Below the pieces are notes generated by a model. That model had not been told where the DNA came from. It worked only from the letters and a program-made list of their open reading frames with translations, and did no database searches. DNA of 64,000 nt from Chitinophaga pinensis (GTDB taxonomy: Bacteria > Bacteroidota > Bacteroidia > NS11-12g > UBA9320), in NCBI GenBank assembly GCA_945907065.1, contig CAMDSC010000002.1:96803-160802 (forward strand), given 5' to 3'. Below, in pieces: positions 59,208-64,000 of the stretch. Positions within the stretch are counted from its first letter, which is position 1; each line of letters opens with the position of its first letter. Both the position numbers and the translations under genes were made by a program.

Positions 59208-59247
59208 CAAAAAAAATCCCTAGCTGAGAGGTTCGGGATTTTTTTTG
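59208..59247 (+). terminator. Intrinsic terminator of the groESL operon.
   Basis: AAAAAAAA-ATCCC-tagctgagaggttc-GGGAT-TTTTTTTT. Confidence 0.6.
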
Positions 59248-59321
59248 TTTTATAGCCCACGGTTTAAACTATCAACTATATAATTAAATTGTAAACTAAT
59301 AAATTTTTATAAATTCGTCCC

Positions 59322-60314
59322 ATGCAAATAGGAGTGATAGGTGGAGGAAGCTGGGCCACAGCTTTGGTTAAAATACTAACCGACAACGAGCAAAATAAAT
59401 CCATCCAGTGGTGGCTTAGAAGTCAGGATACGGTGGACCATATCCTTCAACACAAACACAATCCCAACTACATTTCTTCGGTTGAAGTGCACACCGAAAT
59501 TGTAAAACCAACTACCAATATTAATGAGGTTATACAATCTTCGGATATTATTCTTTTTGTTATTCCTGCTGCCTTTTTGGAGGATGCTTTAAAAAATACC
59601 AATACAGATAGTTTTAATAACAAAATAGTGGTTTCAGCTATTAAAGGATTGGTTCCGCAAACCGGACAAATTGTAGGTGAATATTTTGAAACAAAATATA
59701 ATTTAAGCCGAAGCAATATTGGTGTAATCACCGGACCATGCCATGCCGAGGAAGTAGCTTTTGAAAAACTTTCATACTTAACCGTTGCTTCCGAATCTGA
59801 AACTACAGCTTCCAAAATACAATTGCTTTTAAATAACCGTTATATAAAAACCAATATTTCGGATGATATTTACGGAACGGAATATAGTGCCGTGCTAAAA
59901 AATGTGTATGCCATGGCATGCGGTATCTGCCACGGAATGGGATGCGGCGATAATTTTCAGGCAGTGCTTATTTCCAATGCCATTCGTGAAATAAAAAGGT
60001 TTATCAATGTGGTTCATCCTATAAAGCGCGACATCAATGATTCCGCTTATTTAGGCGATTTATTGGTAACCGCTTATTCTCAATTCAGCCGCAACCGTAC
60101 CTTTGGAAGTATGCTAGGAAAAGGCTATTCAACAAAAGCAGCCCAGTTTGAAATGAACATGATTGCCGAAGGGTATTATGCGGCCAAAACTATTTTTGAA
60201 CTCAATAAAAAGTACAATGTAAATATGCCGATTCTGGAATTTGCACATAGTATAGTGTATGAAAATGCAAACTTGAGAGAAGCTTTAGAAAAATTAGAGA
60301 ATAATATAGACTAA
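59322..60314 (+). CDS. gpsA: NAD(P)H-dependent glycerol-3-phosphate dehydrogenase
   Basis: MQIGVIGGGSWATALV dinucleotide fold ... GPCHAEEVA. Confidence 0.9.
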   Translation: MQIGVIGGGSWATALVKILTDNEQNKSIQWWLRSQDTVDHILQHKHNPNYISSVEVHTEIVKPTTNINEVIQSSDIILFVIPAAFLEDALKNTNTDSFNNKIVVSAIKGLVPQTGQIVGEYFETKYNLSRSNIGVITGPCHAEEVAFEKLSYLTVASESETTASKIQLLLNNRYIKTNISDDIYGTEYSAVLKNVYAMACGICHGMGCGDNFQAVLISNAIREIKRFINVVHPIKRDINDSAYLGDLLVTAYSQFSRNRTFGSMLGKGYSTKAAQFEMNMIAEGYYAAKTIFELNKKYNVNMPILEFAHSIVYENANLREALEKLENNID

Positions 60315-60320
60315 ATAATT

Positions 60321-60386
60321 TCGCACGGGGTCACAGAGAGCACAGAGACAAAAATAAAACCCTCAAACCTGTGTCTCCGAGCGAAA
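60321..60386. repeat. Second copy of the long-loop palindromic element (TTCGCACGGGG ... CTCCGAGCGAA). It sits in an ~80-bp convergent intergenic gap, with its 3' arm ending ~10 bp before the stop codon of the minus-strand gene.
   Basis: The arms pair at 9-10 of 11 positions. Same architecture and position as 38853-38906. Confidence 0.45.
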
Positions 60387-60393
60387 AACACTC

Positions 60394-62601
60394 TTATTTC
60401 TTGCAACAAGCATCCCCAAACGGGAAATATTTTACACCTCCATTCACTACAAATCCATCCAAAGGGGCATAAATATCCCTAAAATTAGGATTGCTTAATG
60501 TTCCTGTGTATATAGTATCAAACCTAGTTTGACGGGCATCCAGGAAGTTTTCAAAATTGATAAATACCGAAAATTTCTCCCAAAGCTTTTCTACCATAAA
60601 TCCGCAAATCCAATAGTCTTTCCCAATTTTTCCATCACTCAGGGTTTGCTTCCCAAAATAATACCCCTCCAAACCCACTTTCCATTTACCTTCTATTTCA
60701 TACATCAAAACGGTATTTAGCCTGTGCTTGGGAGTTAACGGCATTCTTTTTAAGCCCGAATCGGTATGCAAATCGGTATGGGTAAAGGTGTAACCTAAAA
60801 ATAATTTAAAGTCTCCAAACCCAACTTTGATATTGGTTTCACCGCCTTTGGTATCAATGTGTCCGTTGAAATTCTCTAATCGGTTATAATCCAAATCTGC
60901 TGGGGTTATATAAAATTTTAGCATAAGCGGCGATAAAATTCGAGTATAAAAAAATAACTGGTTAATATTAAACGACAATTTATTATGTGCCAAATAAAAG
61001 CGGTAATTAATGTCACCATTAAGACCATAACTTTTTTCCATACTATTTACATTTTTTGAAATTGGTTGCAATTTTTGGTAAAGAATACTTTCAGTAGCTT
61101 CAGTAAAAATGGTAGGGGCCTTATAACCCATTCCTCCTCCCAAACGATAGGTTAACGCAGGATTTTGTTTGTATAAAAGTGATAATCGAGGAAGAAAAGC
61201 TGTCCCATAATCTATAACATGATCTACTCTTAAGCCACTTTCAATTGTTAGTTTCTTTGCAGCTTTCCATGTATTTTGGGCAAATGCACCTATGGTATTT
61301 TGGATATAATCCAAATCAAATAGGTATGAATTGTCATGCTTAAAATTCTCAGTCCAAACATTTAACCCACCAATCCATTCCAATTTTTTTGAAGCTTTTA
61401 AATAACTTAATTCGGTAAATGAATTGGTTTGCTTTCCATTAAATGTATAAGTGTATGTTGTTAATTTTCTATCAAAATAAGCAACACTATTTTTAAAATT
61501 GAAAACGCCATCATTTTTGGTTTTATGTTCAATATGAAATTGGCTCGAAATCCTTTTTGTGGCATTATTCTCAAAGTATCTTCCGGTAATCCCGGTATCT
61601 CCGTTTATCAATGAAACATTCCCTCCTTTTCTTTCTTCTGTCACACCGGTTACTCCAAACATAATTTTTGTTGTTTTATTCGGGTAAAAATATACTCTGG
61701 GATTAAATGTGTAGCGTTCAAATTTGGGGATAGCCGTTAGCCCAGTTCCTGAAGGATCAAACGCTCCATTACTATTTCGGGCGGCATAAAGCGTAAACCC
61801 AAACTTACCCTTTCGTTTGCCATAAAAGGCATTAATATCCAAACCTTTAGCACTCGTGCCATTCAAAAACACTTTCATATCTCCATCCTCCGTTGGGGTT
61901 TTTGAAATTAAATTAACCATACCTGCAATGGCTCCGCCACCGTATAATGTAGAACTGGAACCTTTAATAACTTCGGCTTGTTTCAAATCCAAAGGAGGAG
62001 TTTGCAATAATCCCAAACCACCCGAAAAGCCTGAATACAAAGGAAACCCATCCTTTAAAATTTGGGTATAGCGCCCATCCAAGCCTTGTATTCTTATACT
62101 TGCATTGGCACTGGTGGCTGATGTTTGTTGGGTTTGAATACCGGTACTTTCTGCCAAGAGCATCCTAATATCACCGGGTTTCATATTTCCTTTTTCTTCC
62201 AACTCCTCCCCTGCTATGTATTCCACACGGGTTGGAATATCTTTAATACTTCGGCTGCTGCGGGTAGATGATATTTCTATTTCTTCCATTTCTTCTTCCA
62301 AAGATTGAAGTTGAATTTTTAAAGTATCGGTATTTGTAAGTGGAAAATTCAAAGTATCATAGCGGGTTTCATAACCTACAATTCGCCAAGTCAGTAATTG
62401 CTTTCCATTTGGAATATTAAGCAAGTTTATTACTCCTTCCTCATCAGCTACTCCACCAATTTTTGAAGGTTTTAAATAAACAGTTGCCCCCTCTAATGTT
62501 TCATTGGTAGCGGCATCTGTAACTTTTGCTTTTAATATATTTTGTGCATTTAAGGTATTTATTCCCAAAAGAAATAATACCAATAATTTTAGTTTTGTCA
62601 T
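60394..62601 (-). CDS. TonB-dependent outer-membrane receptor with an N-terminal CarboxypepD_reg-like domain
   Basis: Signal peptide. The N-terminus (KAKVTDAATNETLEGATVYLKPS) is a carboxypeptidase-regulatory-like domain. Plug region IKDIPTRVEYIAGEEL...IRIQGLDGRYTQILKDG is TonB-box/plug-like. 735 aa. The C-terminal tail ...KYFPFGDACCKK is unusual. Confidence 0.8.
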   Translation of the reverse strand: MTKLKLLVLFLLGINTLNAQNILKAKVTDAATNETLEGATVYLKPSKIGGVADEEGVINLLNIPNGKQLLTWRIVGYETRYDTLNFPLTNTDTLKIQLQSLEEEMEEIEISSTRSSRSIKDIPTRVEYIAGEELEEKGNMKPGDIRMLLAESTGIQTQQTSATSANASIRIQGLDGRYTQILKDGFPLYSGFSGGLGLLQTPPLDLKQAEVIKGSSSTLYGGGAIAGMVNLISKTPTEDGDMKVFLNGTSAKGLDINAFYGKRKGKFGFTLYAARNSNGAFDPSGTGLTAIPKFERYTFNPRVYFYPNKTTKIMFGVTGVTEERKGGNVSLINGDTGITGRYFENNATKRISSQFHIEHKTKNDGVFNFKNSVAYFDRKLTTYTYTFNGKQTNSFTELSYLKASKKLEWIGGLNVWTENFKHDNSYLFDLDYIQNTIGAFAQNTWKAAKKLTIESGLRVDHVIDYGTAFLPRLSLLYKQNPALTYRLGGGMGYKAPTIFTEATESILYQKLQPISKNVNSMEKSYGLNGDINYRFYLAHNKLSFNINQLFFYTRILSPLMLKFYITPADLDYNRLENFNGHIDTKGGETNIKVGFGDFKLFLGYTFTHTDLHTDSGLKRMPLTPKHRLNTVLMYEIEGKWKVGLEGYYFGKQTLSDGKIGKDYWICGFMVEKLWEKFSVFINFENFLDARQTRFDTIYTGTLSNPNFRDIYAPLDGFVVNGGVKYFPFGDACCKK

Positions 62602-62744
62602 GTTTGAAATTTAAAATTGAATTTTGTTTTGCTTATTCTTTCACACAAATGACAAATATTAAAATTTGACATGCTGAAGAACGTAGCATCTCTGACCGTA
62701 AAAAGATTCCTCCTTCGTCGGAATGACAAAAGGAATCAGGTTTT

Positions 62745-63047
62745 CTACCCTAATTTGGGTGGTTGCCAAATAGATGGCAAAAACTTTGAAGATGACTCAA
62801 TAACAAAATGAAATAGATTATTTTCACTTATATAAGGAACAATTAAATCTATTGAAACCAACTGCTCAATAAATACGGAACTGCAACAGGCGCAATTACA
62901 AAAAGGTTGACATTCTTTATGTCCTTCTGTTTCATCCTTGCAATTATCCTGTTTTTCACAATTTATTTCTCCCCCAATACTATCCTGACAAGGCAATGAA
63001 ACAATGCTTGCAAAATAGATACATAAAAGAGTTATCAGGGTTTTCAA
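62745..63047 (-). CDS. Small Cys-rich secreted peptide (speculative ORF, TTG start)
   Basis: 100 aa. Signal-like N-terminus KTLITLLCIYFASIVSLPC, then a cluster of 7 Cys in 30 aa (CEKQDNCKDETEGHKECQPFCNCACC). No ATG start, and promoter evidence is weak. Confidence 0.25.
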   Translation of the reverse strand: MKTLITLLCIYFASIVSLPCQDSIGGEINCEKQDNCKDETEGHKECQPFCNCACCSSVFIEQLVSIDLIVPYISENNLFHFVIESSSKFLPSIWQPPKLG

Positions 63048-63084
63048 AATCAGGCGTAAAAATACAAAATTCCTTTAAAACTAA

Positions 63085-63115
63085 AAGCGACCCGAAAGCC
63101 GCTTTTAGTATGGAT
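63085..63115 (-). terminator. Putative intrinsic terminator downstream of dnaK (minus strand).
   Basis: AAAAGCG-acccgaaagc-CGCTTTT inverted repeat 20-45 nt after the dnaK stop. Confidence 0.4.
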
Positions 63116-63132
63116 AATATCTTAATTTTAAA

Positions 63133-64000
63133 TTATTTCACCTCTTCAAAATCAACATCTTGGGCAGTATCATTTCCTGCATTTGCATTGGCTGTCTCAG
63201 GCTCACCACCTTCAGTTGGATTAGCCTGCCCTTGCTGCTGTTGAGCATTATACAAATCCTGAGAAGCTGCTTCCCAAGCTTTATTTAAAGTTTCGGTTGC
63301 TGAATCTAATTCGGCTATGTTTCTATCCTGATGTGCTTTTTTCAAAGCGTCTTTGGCTTCAACAATGGCTGTTTTTTTATCCTCAGGTATTTTATCACCG
63401 AACTCGGTCAATTGTTTCTCAGTTTGAAAAACCAATGAATCAGCAGCATTCAATTTTTCTATTTCTTCTTTAGCTGCTTTGTCAGAATCTGCATTCATTT
63501 CGGCTTCCCGTTTCATTCTTTCTATTTCATCCTTGCTCAATCCTGAAGAGGCTTCAATACGAATTTTTTGTTCTTTACCCGTTCCCTGATCCTTAGCACT
63601 CACATTTAATATTCCATTTGCATCAATATCGAATGTTACTTCAATTTTTGGCAAACCGCGTGGTGCCGGTGGAATCCCATCCAAATGAAATTTCCCAATA
63701 GTTTTATTATCACGTGCCATTGAGCGTTCTCCCTGTATTACATGTATTTCTACAGATGGTTGACTATCACTTGCTGTGCTAAAAACCTCGCTCTTTTTGG
63801 TTGGAATGGTAGTATTAGAATCAATTAATCGGGTCATTACACCACCCATAGTTTCAATTCCTAATGATAATGGGGTAACATCCAAAAGCAATACATCTTT
63901 TACTTCCCCGGTTAAAACTGCACCTTGAATAGCAGCCCCAATTGCTACTACTTCATCAGGATTCACACCTTTAGAAGGCTCTTTCCCAAAAAAATCTTTA
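63133..64000 (-). CDS. dnaK: Molecular chaperone DnaK (Hsp70), C-terminal part. The gene continues beyond the window.
   Basis: ...[42 protein letters not shown]..., substrate-binding and lid domains, and the terminal EEVK-type tail (DVDFEEVK). Confidence 0.95.
   Translation of the reverse strand, partial: KDFFGKEPSKGVNPDEVVAIGAAIQGAVLTGEVKDVLLLDVTPLSLGIETMGGVMTRLIDSNTTIPTKKSEVFSTASDSQPSVEIHVIQGERSMARDNKTIGKFHLDGIPPAPRGLPKIEVTFDIDANGILNVSAKDQGTGKEQKIRIEASSGLSKDEIERMKREAEMNADSDKAAKEEIEKLNAADSLVFQTEKQLTEFGDKIPEDKKTAIVEAKDALKKAHQDRNIAELDSATETLNKAWEAASQDLYNAQQQQGQANPTEGGEPETANANAGNDTAQDVDFEEVK

Overview
This window looks like an AT-rich Bacteroidota chromosome segment (Flavobacteriia/Sphingobacteriia-like). 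Genes are densely packed, several proteins end in T9SS C-terminal sorting domains, and TGA/TAA/TAG all act as stops. Most of it is core housekeeping. Confident calls include polA, prfA, proS, purH, the mreB-mreC-mreD-mrdA-rodA cluster, dnaE, recG, tsaD, crcB, hemW, recX, dcd, groES/groEL, gpsA and a partial dnaK.

No rRNA, tRNA, CRISPR array, transposase or phage genes were found. The unusual material is as follows:
- A two-gene minus-strand operon encodes a lipoprotein with a ~180-aa Tyr/Gly/Asn/Trp-rich domain (FUS-like low-complexity, LC) and a long Arg/Ser/Thr/Asn-rich disordered tail, immediately upstream of a FadL/PorV-like outer-membrane barrel. This is my best candidate for an undescribed system.
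- At least four families of short dispersed intergenic repeats or palindromes are present. One 20-bp inverted-repeat pair brackets a single small secreted-protein gene.
- A GNAT acetyltransferase is interrupted by an in-frame TGA.
- A T9SS cargo protein carries seven tandem ~45-aa two-Cys repeats.
- A small Cys-rich ORF lies between dnaK and a TonB receptor.
- A sigma-54-like -24/-12 motif sits upstream of groES, where no CIRCE element is found.

All calls come from reading the sequence and the six-frame translations. No database searches were run.
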